Below are positions 34,901-49,395 of a stretch of 64,000 nt of DNA, piece by piece. Made by a program: the position numbers and the translations under genes. The stretch's first letter is position 1; every line of letters starts with the position of its first letter. Under the pieces are notes generated by a model. It was given only the letters and a program-made list of their open reading frames with translations. It ran no database searches and had not been told where the DNA came from. This DNA comes from Klebsormidium nitens (Eukaryota; Plantae; Klebsormidiophyceae), in the NCBI GenBank assembly GCA_000708835.1, contig DF237313.1:28934-92933 (forward strand), given 5' to 3'.

Positions 34901-37900
34901 TGTGAAGCACAAGTCGAAGCGCGTACCTGCCCCACAAACAGTTGACACCAGTTTTCGTACTGCCGGAACTTTGCGTTCCAGAACTGGTGCAGGGCAGGGT
35001 CTGCACTTTGGGACAGTCCCGCTAGAAGCCCAGGGAAATTGGACGCTGGAAGTTGCTCGGACGGTGCGTCCGATTCAACGGTCCGAACAACCGGGGGCTC
35101 GGTTTCCACGTCGGGCAGCAGAAAGTTGGAGAGGCGGCGGCAAATGGGGCACAGGTACTCGACGCGAGCCAGGTTGATGATGCCATAACCTGGACATTTG
35201 ACAACACGCTGTAGGGTTTTGGAGATTCTCAGTTTGAATCCATCAGGGCAAAGTATGGACGCCAGTCGCTCAACTACATCTCCTGAACCGCAAGATTGCA
35301 AGTGGTGGGGTTGCTGTTGCAGAATGGTGAGGAGATTGAACGTCACCGTGTTGGAAGCATCCAGAAAGTATTCGCAATCACAGCCGAATCACATTCCCTG
35401 CTCAAAGAACGGCCGGTTGTCTTTACAACAGCAGGCCCTCGGAGCCCCCACCAAAAGAACGCTCCTTTGCCCATCAAAAGAAGGATGGTTTGTAAGTCAG
35501 CCAACTGACGTTGCACAGTCATAGCTTGATGAAGAGGAAAGAGCTGATCACAGTCAATATGCACTTTCATGCGGTGGCAGAAAAAGTAGACTTGGCGGTT
35601 GCTGACCTTCATAAACCCTGCCGCTGTCTCGACTGTCCCCGAGCGCCTTCACATAGCGCTGGAAGCATTCCATGTGCATCTGCAACAGAAGAAGCCAAGG
35701 AGCTAGCATCAGCGAAAAATTAGATAAACCTTCGTTTGGTTACAAACACTCGGTGCTTTGCGGTGCTGATCAAGCTCGGTCACAATATGCAGCAACAGCA
35801 ACTCTGCTGCCTATGTCGATTGTGATCGGAGGTGGGGCGCAGTCAGTCAGCACAGGACCGGATTCGTCCCACATGACCGATGTCTCACAGGGCTGATCTC
35901 GAAAGGCCAAACTGTCGAAAAGGATCTGTCCAGCTTACTTGATGACCGCAGCAGCCCACGTGCTCCCCAGTAGCGTACAAATCCTCGCCACGTGTCCCAT
36001 CGACCGTGCCTTCTTGAGCCAGCACCGAACAGAGTATCCGCTCCGCCCCTTCCCCGTCTCTTTCGCAAGTCGCCTGCTCCTCGGCTTGCTCCAGAGTCTC
36101 GACTCTCTGCAGCTGCTGACTGGCTTTGGCGGGTATGTTGCTCATTTGGATGAAGGCAATCCAGCCCATGGGGCTAGGGTTCATCTCTTGCTGCAGCAAC
36201 AGATAGGAAGGTTAGTTGCGGGGTTAAGTTAACCAGAGGCCGAGTCAAAAAGTCAGCTTGGAGCGTTCTTGTCACTTCCTGGGCCGGTCCTGCTATGGGG
36301 CCACTATTTGTCACGTTCTGCTGCAAGAAACTGGCTCAAGATCAAATGCATCTGACAGACCAAAAACCCGTCATGTAGAGACTGCGGTTCTGCTCTTCTC
36401 TTGTAGCAGCGTGCAATTCTGCAAAGGCATCTCGAAGATGCCCATAGACGGAGTGGATTGTACCTGACCGACAACAATCATGAACCTGGACTTATCAAAC
36501 AACAGAGCAGTTTCAACTTTCAAGCAAGGTATTGAAATATCAATCTGCATCGGTCACATTCAGAGGTATGCAAATAAATACAATAATAAGAACAGGCACG
36601 GCTCTTTCTCCACTCACGTCGCCAAGACAGAAAGCACACTCTCTGTGCACACGCTCGTGGACGCGCCCCGATGGCCCCGGTTCTTGGTGGACGGTTTCTC
36701 CAACGCGGACGGCGTTATCCTGTTGCGCCGCACCGAAAGTAGCTTCCGTTCCCGAAGGCCCCGCTTCCGAAGCCGTTCGCGACTCGCTCAGGAAGGCCTT
36801 CTGCCTGCAGATTAAGTAAAACTATCTTCACGAACCGACTTTGAGAAGGTTGCTCACTTAGACTCTCCAGTCCCAATACACCTGGATGCTTTAACGTGAC
36901 AAGCTGCTGTCCCTGCCTCCTTGACAAGGGCAGAACTGTAAGGGCTTCTCCCAAAAAGCGCAAGCCGGATGGCGAGGCCTTTTGCATTGCAAGCGAAGGT
37001 ACAAACGAAGAGGCCGTGCTCGTTTGCAACTTCTAGCTACGCACTTCAAAGGATACGTTTGAGGTTATAAAACGGACTTGCAGCCCAGCTGGTGACGCAA
37101 AACCCCGCACCTTGCGGCGAAGTCCGCTAGAATAGCTGCCTGCCGTTGCTTCTTCAGCTGGCGCTGCGACTCGGCGTCTGGAGAGGAAGTGCTCGCCTGG
37201 ACACGATCAAGCACGACAGTAAGATCAGATGATCGGACACTTGCAGATCCTCAAAGCTCCACGGCCATCGGTAAGCCTTACTTATCCTTGATCTGTGTAA
37301 ATTCTGTGAAAAATTTCTGCCCTCAAAGCACCATCGCATGAGTCCTTGGTGAGAGATAGGAGAAGGCGCCATAGAGGCAGATAATACTGGACATGACGGT
37401 GTAATTCAAAGCTCCCCCTCTGCTCCTTTTCGTTCTCGTGAGGAGCTGAGCTGCCCTCGTAGAAGGCTCGCCCCGCTGGCGCCTTCAACTAAGAAGCACT
37501 GCCGACCCCATTTGGAACCAAGAGCTTGATGAATTAAGCTCGGTCCGCAAGGCAGCAGACATGAAGCAAAAAGTCCCGCGCTTTACCTCTGCAGTCGCCA
37601 GCGGAGCTTCGGTTTTGCCGATGTCCACAGTGAGCGCTTTCGTCGTCTCGAACACGTACTGTACGGAATCCAGCAGGCCTGCAATCGAAAGTAACCCTCG
37701 TCAAAGCTTGGCATAGCAGCCATTGATCAATCAGAGTGCGAACCTCGACATTAGCATCGCAATGCACAATAGGACAGGCCACATTTGGTGAACAAAGGAA
37801 AACCTGGCTGACAAGTGCGTTTGAGGTATCTTGAATCTTGGCAGACATGGATTATGGGCGAGACAGAAACCATTGGTAGCCGCAATCAGGGGACACATTA

Positions 37901-40900
37901 GTAGCTGGCCGAGGCATGCGCGGGGATCTGATGCAGCTCTTGGTCTTTAAGAAGTTTGATTCGAGGAAGGGGTTGTCGAAATCTCTTTATCCACGTTAGT
38001 TGGTCAATGACGAGACACAGTCGAAAGGGAGCAAGTCCCTAACAGCTGCTTACGGTTTGAGTTGGTCGCCTGCCGAATGCGCCTGAACAGATCCAGCATG
38101 CTCCATCCGTCGCTAGTCCCGCCTGCCCCTCGGCGTATGTTGACGGCAATGTCATTCAACGCGAAGTTGAGGAAAGGCCAAAAGGTGGAAGGCTCGTGGG
38201 GAGTGCACGATCGATACCGTCGGTTGCCTGGTCCTTGCCTGTGGAATAAACCGAACGGGCAGTATGTCGGAGATCACCAGTTCTTGCTCTACTTAAGACA
38301 CCAGAATTGGATTGTAATGCCGCTTGCAGTTTACAGGACGCACGAGCTGAAAGTGTTTCAAAAAGCTGTGTTGGTTCACTTCTACTGCTGTGTCCTAGAG
38401 TTGGGGCCTTTGTAGAAGAAAAGCGTGTATTACAGGCTGAAAAAAGCCGTGTATAAGCACCAGCCTTTCAGAACGCCAAGTCGCAGCCCCCCCCTCATCT
38501 CGACGAGCAGGCTCCCTTGAACTTCAACTACCAACAAGACTCCACCTACCCACTGTGTGTAGAGTGCCTAACTAAATAAGGATGAAGTTACAGGCTGCCA
38601 TGTGTGCTCTGCATACCGGTCATCAAGGGCCGCGGTCGTGATGAGCTGAGAAACCACCACGCCAAGGGATTTCCCGACCGTGGAGTTGGTCTCGCTTTCC
38701 AGAAGCTGCAGCGACTGGTCCAGGGCCACGTAGAGGAACCGATGGAACACCTGCGGCCGGAAATTCGTCATTAATCAGCCGAGGAGGGAACACCCTTATG
38801 TTTGCTTGAGTGGTAAGGGACGGCAATAAAACCATGATAGCTACAGTACGGCAGTCACATGCCACTTGGATGAGTGAGATCTGTTGAGAATGAGACTTCC
38901 TTTCGTCTTGAAGGCGACGGGGGGCCCAAAAAATCATGAGTGCAACTATGACTCTCAATGCCACAGAGAGGGATTCTCGAGACGGATACTGTACAGAATA
39001 TTGCAATAACGGCGGAGCCTTTATCAAGCATGCTTGAGACACTCTCCATGAATGCGTCAGCTTCGTTCCAAACACCTCAGGGAAGAAGCTGGATATGTCC
39101 TTTTTGTCTCGACAACCCACCTGACTATGAAGAATGTTGCAGAGGGTATCGAATGGGGGTTGTGCTGCTTCTAGCGGCGGCAGGCGCCAGTAGGAACCAA
39201 GTTTGCCAATGTCTACTGCACGTGACTGCAATGAGTAACAAAGATCAGTTTGATATGCGTTCAAAATGTCAATGCTCGCACGCAACGTGTTGAAATTGCT
39301 GGCCCTTTCGATAAATTCAAGACACAGGTTCACTTTATCCAAGGCTGCTACCTCCAGGAACCTGAATCTTATTTACAAAATTCGTGAGCAACTTCTCACC
39401 AGCGCCTCTTCTAGGTCGCCCTTGGTGTAGTGCGCAAAGAGCACGTCGAACTCCCGCCAGCACTCGGGCTTCAACCGGTAGAAGCCGCGCTCTTGAAGCT
39501 GCAGATCAGAAGCGAAATGAACGCGTCAGCTGGTGGACAATAAACGCCGGAACACGAGCGGAGAGCGCCATACGGTGGCGTTCAAGTCGAAGCGACAGAA
39601 ACAAGCTCAGAAGGACCCTAGGCATCGCATTCAAGTAATCCAACACTGCACGCTGTTTGTGGGGGCATCCTCTTCGGAAGTGTGCTCCTTCGCGAAACGT
39701 ACAAAGAGGACAAGCCTAAAACACTTAACCGCGAACTTCGTAGATCAGTAACATCAAAAAGGGCAATCCTAAAGCGTTAGCCTCACCTTGGGCACCACGT
39801 AGGTGGCCACACTGCGGAGGACCTCTTCCAGCCGTGCGTGGCTGGACAGAGCCTGAGGCAGGAAGTTGCTCAGCTGCAAGAGGGCGCAAACATAACGCAC
39901 TTCAGTTCCGAGCCCTCACTCAACCGGACCAGAAGATTTACGCTGAGAATCCGCAAGTTCACAGTGATCGCCATGGAAGTTTGTCAGCAGGGCAGAGTAC
40001 GTTTAACAAATGCTATAACGTCAAACAGGGTCCTAAATGGATCCCTGATTTATATGTACATGCCATGGAAAGCCTACTACGGTATGGCCTATGAGGCCAC
40101 GGCGTCAAAAGGAGAAGATGATCATGCTTGATAGATAGATAGAATTACAGTCCGTTCACTAATCATAAAGATCCCTTTGCAAAGGCAACTGGATAGGAAT
40201 ACCAGCTGCTCAAACGAGGATGTTCCAACTGCAGTCCAGGCCCCAGCAAGGCCTCAACTTGCGCGGCTTACCGTGCTGTATGTCATGTCCTTGCAGCACA
40301 ACCACTGGATGACCTCGTAGCGCACCAGCTCGATCTGCACGCCGCGTGTCAGCGATGACGTCAGCAGCGGACGGGCTGAAAAGCCAACCTTTCTGTACAG
40401 AGGAAAGATAGAGGACCCGTGCCCGAATCTTTCGACCTCTACAACAGCCGGAGCTGTCCGGATCTCACAAGAAGACCCAACACTGAAAGTCCAGCATAGA
40501 CAAACGGCTCTATATACGTGCCGAGCAACGTCGTGAAGATGCAGATATCATTCTCCGAATGTCCTTGTCCAGTTCCTCGGCCGCAAGGATCGAAACTTGG
40601 TCAAAGCTTGGTCAAGCAACCTTGAAGTCGACAGGGGTGATGGAAGGGAGGCGTTGATCAACGTGTCGTAGACATGCGTTCACTAACAGAATGATGAGTG
40701 AGAAAGGAGTGCAATCTGCCTCTGCTTGAGAACGACCTTACCTCTGACATTGCAATGTATCTCCTTTCTCTCACAAGCTGCACCGGAGGGAGGGGCAGTC
40801 AGAAACGAGGCACCGTCTCTACTGAGTCTGTAACCACATCTTCCAAACAAGGCAGCTGAAAGTGTTGAGTGCGTTGGATGGCTCCAGCACGAGTAAAGTT

Positions 40901-43900
40901 GCCTTTACTGGTTCCCCAACGTTCCGTTGAGTATCTGGCAGTGATGTTCAAGCAGCCTTCCTGAAGCAGCCAATCTCAAAACTCCCTTAAAGACCATGCT
41001 ATGGTCCACAAAATACGAAGTTCCTGAATCTATGAACGCTGTACCTTTATCGGCGTCCTTCTTTGATAGTTCCACCTTCCTCACCATACCCAAAGGTGAC
41101 TCACAACTCTGAATGGACTTTACACAACAAACTCAAGCGACGGAATTTGACGATGCAAACTGGTTTTCTCCGGATCAAACTCTTTCCGCAATGGCGGCCA
41201 AAGGGCCGTTTTACCTCTGTATCTTCTACGCCCGCTAGATCTGGGGCTTTGCTTCCACCGTTTTCTTGCTTCCCGCAAGAAGAGAAGAGAAGAATGGAGG
41301 CTTGCCTACTTACCTGTAGGATCAGCCGCAGCACTTCGAGCATGCGGGCGAGGGTGGCGCTCCGTATCTGGGGGTCGGAGCTAGAGGGGTCGGAACAGGG
41401 CCTGCCGTCCTTCGTTAGCAGGTCCGCCACCTGATACGCCGGAATGTGGAGTCAAATTGCCGCCAAAAGCCGACAAAACCCCGTGAAAGAAGGACAAGAA
41501 CGTGATCGACGCAACACTGCCCAGGTCCTCTTGCAGACAGTCTTGAAGTCGTAATTCGCCAACGTCGATAGACGCCTCTGCCCCAATGTGCTTCCAGGCC
41601 TTGGAATCTTTCAGCATGCTTGGTCATCTGTGTTCGTCAATTGATATAAACTCGTATGAGAGCGACCCTTCACAGCCATGTAGCACGCACCCCTCTGTAG
41701 AAAAGATGCAGGCAATCAAGTAAGTTTCCCGACAGTTGCACGCCGGTGCTTCACCTTGTAGCGCTCCAAGATTTGAAGAAGCAGCTCATCGGAGTCCTCG
41801 CCCCCAGTCGCAATGCTGAATTGGACCACGAGCACGTCCATGTCCATCGTCCTGCAAACGAGTCGGGAGTCAGCAACACAAAGTGCACGGTTACCGGCAA
41901 AAGACGAGCGTGAGAGGCAAAAACGGCAGAAAACTCATCCAAGTTTGGATAGGAATCTCGCACACAACTTTTAAAAGACAGCCTGAGTTAGGAGCGCAAA
42001 GGGAATTCGACTTGGAAGACGAAAGCTCGTCGCAAGCTGCTATTGTTCATAAGCAGCGATATGACTCAGATAATGCTGGGGTTGACCTCGAAATCAAAGT
42101 TGTTGAGTGCTAGAACTTGAAGAACGAGATTCTTGGGCCACAAGGCGAGCAGAAAGATGCATACACGCATCGGAATTTCCAAGCGAGACTCAAGGAGAGA
42201 TTAGGCGTCCTTTTTTGAGGTCTTCCACTAGGATACAAAGTTGAAGTAGCTGAAGAAGGCGCAAACGATTTGGCGTCGCTGACCAAGGAGAAGAAGCGAA
42301 GCTAAGTCTCGTTCAATCTTCTGGGAAGGCATCCCGAAACACTCTCATGCCAAATGGTTTTGAGAGACACCGGAGGGGCGGCTCACTGCTCATTCCAGTA
42401 GGCGCTTTGGTAGACCCGCTCCAGCCGTGCCAGATCCTCGCCCTGGTTGCGCCACTGGCGGCCCCGAATCTGTCAGGAAAAAGTGATATAGGCGTTCACC
42501 ATCTCTCAGAAAAAGCGCCCCACATCGTTCCGGCACATCCTTCTGTCCGTAGAGCGTCATTCGCTTCTGTACTGGGGCCTGAAAGATTCTTTGCCATGCC
42601 AAAAGTTCGGAATCTTTTAAGACAAGATTCTCGAATTGCTCGTGATGGCAATGAAGCGAAGCAGGTAGAAGCGAGAGCGGCTGCGTGCGTCATTGTCATC
42701 GAACACGCTGTCTCAGCGGCAGATATTGTGGGAAGGGGTCTTCAAAAGGACGGCGTTGTGTTGAAGTCTTTCCAGAAGCTCAATCAGAAAGCTCAACCTC
42801 ACCTCAGCCATCCAGAACAGGATACGGAGAGGGTACTCCATCAACTGGCCAGCCTGCACGATACAAGATTAGAGTCAGCTGATGGTCTCAGACTTGCCAA
42901 ATGACTTCAGCAACGTATGTGGGGCTGATGACAAGCTCATCAACAAGTGCTTAAAGATAAAATCAAAGATAAAAGTGAATATGGGAAGAAGCAAGAAGGA
43001 CATTCAAGTAGCTTCTTTTCATCCGAGCCCCTGAGAATGGGCCTTCTCCAATGCAACCTACCTGGCTCGCTGCCCAGTGCTTGCCTGCCACACCTGGCGG
43101 CTCCGCCAGCTTCCTCTGCGACTCCACTTGACTCGCCAGGGTTTGCAAGCATGCACGTGCCTCAAACTGGTCAGCCACGCCTGCTGACGTGGCAAAGTGC
43201 AGGAGCTTGGCGAGGACCATGCCGAAGGCGCGGTGCAGGGGGAGGTGCAGGGACATGCAGACGCCCGAGAAGCCGAGCCGGGAGTTGGGAGCTGAAGACA
43301 GGTAGTCCTGTGAGAGGAAAGGAAGTCAGGATGCTTCCGAAGTACTTGAGACCTGGTAAGCTTTAGGTCCGGAATCAACCGATTGGAGAGGACAGATTTG
43401 TAAGAGATTGTGCGCAGTTTTCGGTGCTTTTAGTAAGCGTCAAGCAGTAGAGATCGCTGGCGACTTCGGAGCAGATCCGCAGTCGGCTGAAGAGGACAAT
43501 CCTTCCGACGTTGTCCTGAAGAAGTCCTCAAAGCACGAAGAGAAGGTTGCGCAGCGAGTTTCTCAAAAAGACTTCACAGAACATACCAAAAATTGTTCCT
43601 ACATCATAGCATCTGTTTCAAAGGAACTGAAGGGAAGTTCCGCCCATGCAGGAACGTCACAGTGTTTGTCGGTGCCCTATTAGACGGCACGCAAGGGGCG
43701 ATGTGGTGCAGCGAAGGAGAAGGCGCAAGAAAGCGCGTTGCTGTTCCACGACCTTCAAATGTTTCCAAAAGTTACAATTCCCTGGACAAGAAACCAGCGG
43801 CATCCTCACACTGATATAGAACCTCGCCAGCATGGCGTGCATGACGGTAGCCGCGCTATGCAGCGCAGGGAACAGTAAGCGGCGTGAGGCTCCGGCGAAG

Positions 43901-46900
43901 CCAGGCGACTCTTGGGAAGGGTCGCACCCCGTCAGAAGCTGGGTCATAAGGCTGGTCATGTACGTCTGGATGAAAACAAGAGGACGGGTCTCAATGAATA
44001 GCATCGGAAGGACGGGCTCAGTTCAGCAGGTTCAGTGACCCTAGCTTGTACAGGCGCAGGCAGGGAGCAGCAGCTCGGTTCTTATTTCCGAATGCAAGTT
44101 CTTTGGATGTGCCGATTTGCAGACAAACGACACTGCCGTCGCCTGCCCAGCAAGACCACAAACAGAGCTGCACTGGGGCGGTTTGCAGCGATTCCTATTC
44201 GTCCGATAGGTTTGTCGAGCCGAAAGCTTTGACGGGTATCGAAGGGGAGCGCAAAGCAGCCAGTGCAAATCGCTCTACTGCAGGCACCCACTGAATGCTG
44301 ACATGCAAACCGGGAGATAACACAACATGCAACATTACACAAGGCCTACAAAACCAAGGAGAAGATGTCGGCCGAGGCAGATGTGTCCATACAGCAGGGC
44401 ACGCTCAGAGGAGTCGAAGCGCTCACCTCCATTGCTACCGCGTGCATCCAGCCAATGTCCTCGTCCAGATCACGAAAAGCAAGGTGGTGAATGGGATGCA
44501 TGTTCTGCACGGACAGTGCGAAGGACACGGGCTGGTAAGAGGTCGGCAATCAGCATACTGCCAAAAAAGCCCCAAAAAAGCCCCGGCTGATCGGACCGCC
44601 GTGTCTTTTGACAACAAGTTGCACTCCAGAGTATCGAAGATGCCGTCCTTGTTCATGACGCGACGACGAAAGTTGCATGCCAAGCAGGTTTTCCTCACAG
44701 GGACACGTCTCAGAGCACATTCGTAACCGACGGCCAAAGATCTTATCTTCATGACTCTGTAATTAAAGATGGTGACACTCTGCTGCAGCATGCGGCAAAG
44801 CAGTATTAGAATCAACGGGGTCAGACTATTTACCGGCCACCGATTACACAGCTGAGCCCTAGGTCTTAGGGGGTCCAACCTACAGCTACATTCGAGAGCC
44901 CAAAGTCAACCCGTCAGGTTGAAGGTACTTGAGACGGTTCTAGGAAAACTTGATAATCGCCTGAAAGCCTTACCTGGAGCGTCTCCAGCAGAGCGAGGTA
45001 GCCGTGGAGCAGGTCGCTGCGCTGCACGAGGATGTAGAGGCCCACCTCGTGGTGCGACACGATCAGCCGCAGGTCGCTGAGTGGCCGCGTGTACAGCTGC
45101 GTTGCACAGGTAGCTCGTCAACACGGATGGTGCACTTCAAAAGCTCTATCGTGAACAGACTAGGAGAGGAAAGAGGACACGAAAACAAAGTCGAGCAGGT
45201 GTCGAGCGACATTGTTTGTGCTGAGGACTGAGTGCTCGGTCTGCGGGGTAATCAGTAACGCGCACTCATTACAAGTGAGGTAAGAAAGCAGAATATCGGC
45301 CAGCGCACCTTCAAAGACCCCCGTAAAGCCCTGTTCCGTACTTGAGCTCTCCATGAGATCGGGCTGTTACCAGAATGCAGTTGATACTCATTGTCTGAAT
45401 GATTTGTAAAAGAGTCTCACCAATCGCGTACGGGGCGTACGGCGGAAGTAATTCTTTTCATGTATGCCTTCGAATGCTCACCCTGTTTGCGATGACATCA
45501 TGATTGCAGTTGATCATGTTCGTGTCTCTGGAAGGACGTGTGGCAAAAGCGGTGTCAGCAAGAGAGCAACCTTAGCGCGAGACGGCGCGTCCAAAGAGGG
45601 AACAGCATCAGCCGCAAGCAGCCAATGTTTCAGCGACCTCTGGAAAGCAGTGTCTACAGGCAAGTGCGCAGCCAATTGAAGCCTAGCGTGAGCAAAACCT
45701 TTCAGACTGGGCAGATGCGAAGTTGCTAGTACTGCCCGTACGAAAACCCTCACAAAACAAAGCGGGCATGCAACAGCATGAGCAAGGTCTGGAGGTGCGC
45801 AACGGAGGGCTTACGGGTCCATAGCCTTTTTGAGCAAATCGCGAAGGACGTGGAGAAAGCAGTCGAGAAGACGCTCCTGCTTGATCAGATCCAGCGTAAT
45901 GCTCTCCACGTTGATCAACTGAACCATCACTGCACGAAAAGGGCGCTAGATATTATTTTCCATAACCCCCTCTTTCTGACGTGCAGAAGTACATGCAACG
46001 CGTGTATTGGGGACTTGAAAACAGGTTAATGCTGGAGCTTTCGAAGGGCCAAGTCCGTCGAACTGGGAAAGTTCCCGGTTGGAACACCAGTCAACATGAG
46101 GCCAACTCCGACGAAAAACATGTACGGGCCTGTCTGCTCTTTGACTTTCGAGAAAGAGACCGAGAGCATGATATGGCTGACAGCGGAAGAGCCTGCCAAC
46201 AAAACTCAGGACGTCCCGTGACTTGGGTGTTACGAAGAATAAAATGGGAGAGAGTTGCCGCCCTCTTCCGGTTCCAGTAGTAGCACTTGGGGCGCTTGAA
46301 CATTGCACGAACACAGACGAAAGCAAGCAAACATTAGAGATTCGGAAGAGTATCAAATCCTGCGCTTAATTTCGGCAGGCGCTCGACTCACCTCTGTCGA
46401 GGCACGAATCAAGCAGCTTGAAGGCGTCCTCGTTGTGGACGTTGTTGAGCACCCAATCAGCGTAGTTGCGCAAGAGCACCCGCGAGAAGGACTTCTTGAA
46501 CTGGTGGTTGTACAGCATCAGCAGAAATAGCGTCGTCTCCTGCAGAACAAACGGTTACGTGGTTCTGAACACTGCATTCGCTCAGCGTATGGTGTCCGTG
46601 GAGCATAGCGAAGATTTTAGTCGGCCCTGGAAAGGAAGAAACATGCGCAGGGGGTTCAAAAGCTTTCAAGAATCTCCAGCGCACCGTCCAGCCAGATCAT
46701 TCTAACGGCCACTTTCAAGAGCTCGACGAGTCGCCCGAATGGATCCCGGTTCTTCGCTGCCCTACGTGACCCCTTCGGTTGAATCAACGTCAGATCAACA
46801 ACGTGGGAAATCCAGCAAGTACTTGAGAACGGAACGAGACCGTTTCAAGGACCTCCTTGCATGCGAGTCCCTGAAGTAGACCCTGTGCCGCTTAGCGATG

Positions 46901-49395
46901 GTGGTTTAATTTCCTGTCCGCAGGTAAAAGATGTCGGTGAGACGCACAGACATTTTCAAGATAAAGCTCACCTCCTCTGCCACGCTGGGAACGATGACGA
47001 AGTTCTTGAGTAGGACGCTGAGAGGAGCGAGGGGCCCAGGCTGCACAGGGAAGCAGGGAAACGTCCGCTTTGAACGCTGCTTTCAGAAAAGGATGGAGAA
47101 TGGAAAACAAAGGAGATCGACTGAGGCTGATTTCTTTGGTCGTTCTTTCGACCAAGAAGCACGGTCTTTTGCGAAAGGATGTGCAATTCACGTGACCAAG
47201 CATGAGCCCATGGCTTGCAGCACGATGCCATCAAAATGAACAAGGCGAGGCCACTGCGCCAGCTTCCCAAGTGAATCGCCAAGCTTCGATCCAAAATGGC
47301 ATTGCTCACCTATATATCTGCACTTGATTCAGCTTCTCATGATTCTACGGCGACGGTCCAGCCATGCCCCTTCTCCAGTCAACCAAAAAACGTTTTTAGA
47401 TCAATAAACGACCAGGGTCCAAGTTGCAAACCCGGAAAATCCCCCTTGAGTGTCGCTTCCGAGAGGAAGGTCGGCCAACTTGATCAAAGGTCCTCCTTCA
47501 TGTCATAATTGTGTCAGAAAATGGACAACCTCACCTGAGGCTCCAAACTCCCTTCTGCGGAACCCCCAGCCATTTCCCGGCAGACGACCTCGCGGAGTGC
47601 CGGAACGCTACAGATCTGCGACAAACGGAAAAAGCTTCTCGAGTTTGGCCAGAGTAACTGCAAGAATTCCACATGAAGTGACAAGTAAACTGCCTCCGTA
47701 GCTCGTAGCTTTCAGATGGGAGGACTGGTTTGGGTGAAAGAATAAGCACGGTGAATCACGACAAAGGTCCCTCGCAATGGCATCACGCACGAATCTCCCA
47801 AGATTCGCCCTGGAAACTTTCAGGCGCATCTGAAGGCCGTCAAGTTGTGTCATGATGACAACGCACCTGCTGCAGCCATTTCAGCACGAGCTCAGTGCCT
47901 TCTGAGACAGTGGTGATCCCCAGTTCCAGCAGGCTGACCATCCCCACCAGCCGGGCCAAGAGCAGGGACACTGGAATCAGAAAAAGAACTTGGTCAAATC
48001 GTGAATGAAAACTTTATTCACAAGTAACGAACAGATACAACCAGGGATGCTTATTCTTGCCAAGAAAGCATAGAAAAGTGTGAGCACCTTGGACATTCAT
48101 GCTGAATAGATGATTGGGGCAGGTGTCAAGCATGTATTTGAAGATTGGTGAGATGTTTCTAATCCACCTTGTTCTGTCATTCTCGTGTTCTGCTAACATG
48201 GGGCTTCCTGCACCATCACGCGGACCATGAGAACCAAGGGTTTTTCCTGCCTACCAAGCTTCTGGAAGACCGCAAGGGTCCGTTCTGGAAGCACTTCGGC
48301 GGCTTGCTCGCGGTGAGCATGGAGGGAGCAGAACCTGCGGAGGCAAGCAGGCTCGTCGCACTGATGGCCTGACTCCAGCTTCTCTTTTCAGAAGGTTTCA
48401 TTGCATGGCAGGGAGCACTTGATTGTAAGACCATGTTTCAGTGAAGCAGCAAGGCTTCGTGTCTCCAGAGGATAGGTTTGAGTACTTCCAAGCCTTTGGA
48501 AGCTCTTGAAAGCAGCTGTCAGCAAGCCTGCACAAACTCCTCACTGCCTCTCGAGAGATATGTTGTAGATTGGAGTAAGAGGCCTTACCCTTCCTCTTTG
48601 AGTGACACAGGATCTCCACAATCGCAACACCCGCCTGCGGCGCTGCGGTACATGATGTAGTCATGCTTGACGTGGGGGCCAGCCTTGAAGCACTCCACGC
48701 ATATCGCGCTGGAGTCTGTCACTTGGCAGTCTCGGCACCTGAGGGGTGCAAGATCCGTCAGCCTTACAATTTTGAGAAAGCATCAGCATTGCTTAGTGTC
48801 TGTGACAATCGCGGGGTTGAGTGCTGAACTTGGTCTGCACATAATCAGAATATGTTTGGTGTCCATCTCAGGCGGTGTGGCAGCGAATGTGCATTTTGCA
48901 AAGAAGTACGCTTAAATACTTCATAAGTGCGTGCCCCTTTAGGATGTCCAGGCTGATGCTTTTGCAAATCTTGCTTTGGGGGACTTTCAAGTTTCATGCA
49001 ATGTTCAGTCAACCAGTGCAACTAGAAACCTCGACCAGCTAGCTGAAAAGTGGGACAAACAGAATCTTCCGAGAACCAGAATGATGGTGGTCGCACCAAC
49101 AAAAACGAAACCCTTCTCCCCAAGGTGCGTCTCCAACAATGGAAACTTCTCAGAAGCAAAGCCCAGAGGAATGCACCAAGAGTTTCCTGACTAGATCAAC
49201 AGACCTGTAGGCAAAGCTGCCTGCTCTCCACACTGTAGTGCATGGGGACCGCTCGACGCTCCTCAGCTGGGCGAGGTACTGTGCGAGTGGCAGTCCATTG
49301 CTGCATTCACTTGTCACTATCTTCTCCACCAATCCTAAGCCAACACGGGCATCGTCCTTGCTCCTCCAAGGCCTTGTGAAAAGCTCGTCATCCAT
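28939..49395 (-). CDS. UBR-box, RING-H2 E3 ubiquitin ligase of the UBR1/2/3 (PRT6-like) family, multi-exon
   Basis: Exons 49205-49395 and 48589-48738 join to CTTVWRAGSFAYRCRDCQVTDSSAICVECFKAGPHVKHDYIMYRSAAGGCCDCGD (UBR box). Further exons give LMEYPLRILFW (~42800-42850), RGRQWRNQGE (~42400), EVIQWLCCKDMTYST (~40300), CCGH (~35950), EYLCPICRRLSNFLLP (~35130), DPFWILV (~33170), VPFLRRAAIL (~32460), LCLLCGTLVC...CSRHAAEC (~30400-30470), GIFLLLRST...YLDVHGE/EDAFLKRGRPLRL, and last exon IERMWLTAGLDQNSQLLHSSHLGSESL* ending 28939. Not every internal exon was resolved. Confidence 0.92.
34406..34495 (+). repeat. Dispersed G-rich intronic repeat, copy B
   Basis: ACGGGTGGGGTTTAGTTAGGGGGTTATGGTGCGTAGGCGTGCGGAGCAG...GGAGCTTA, homologous to 133-223. 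Confidence 0.6.
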
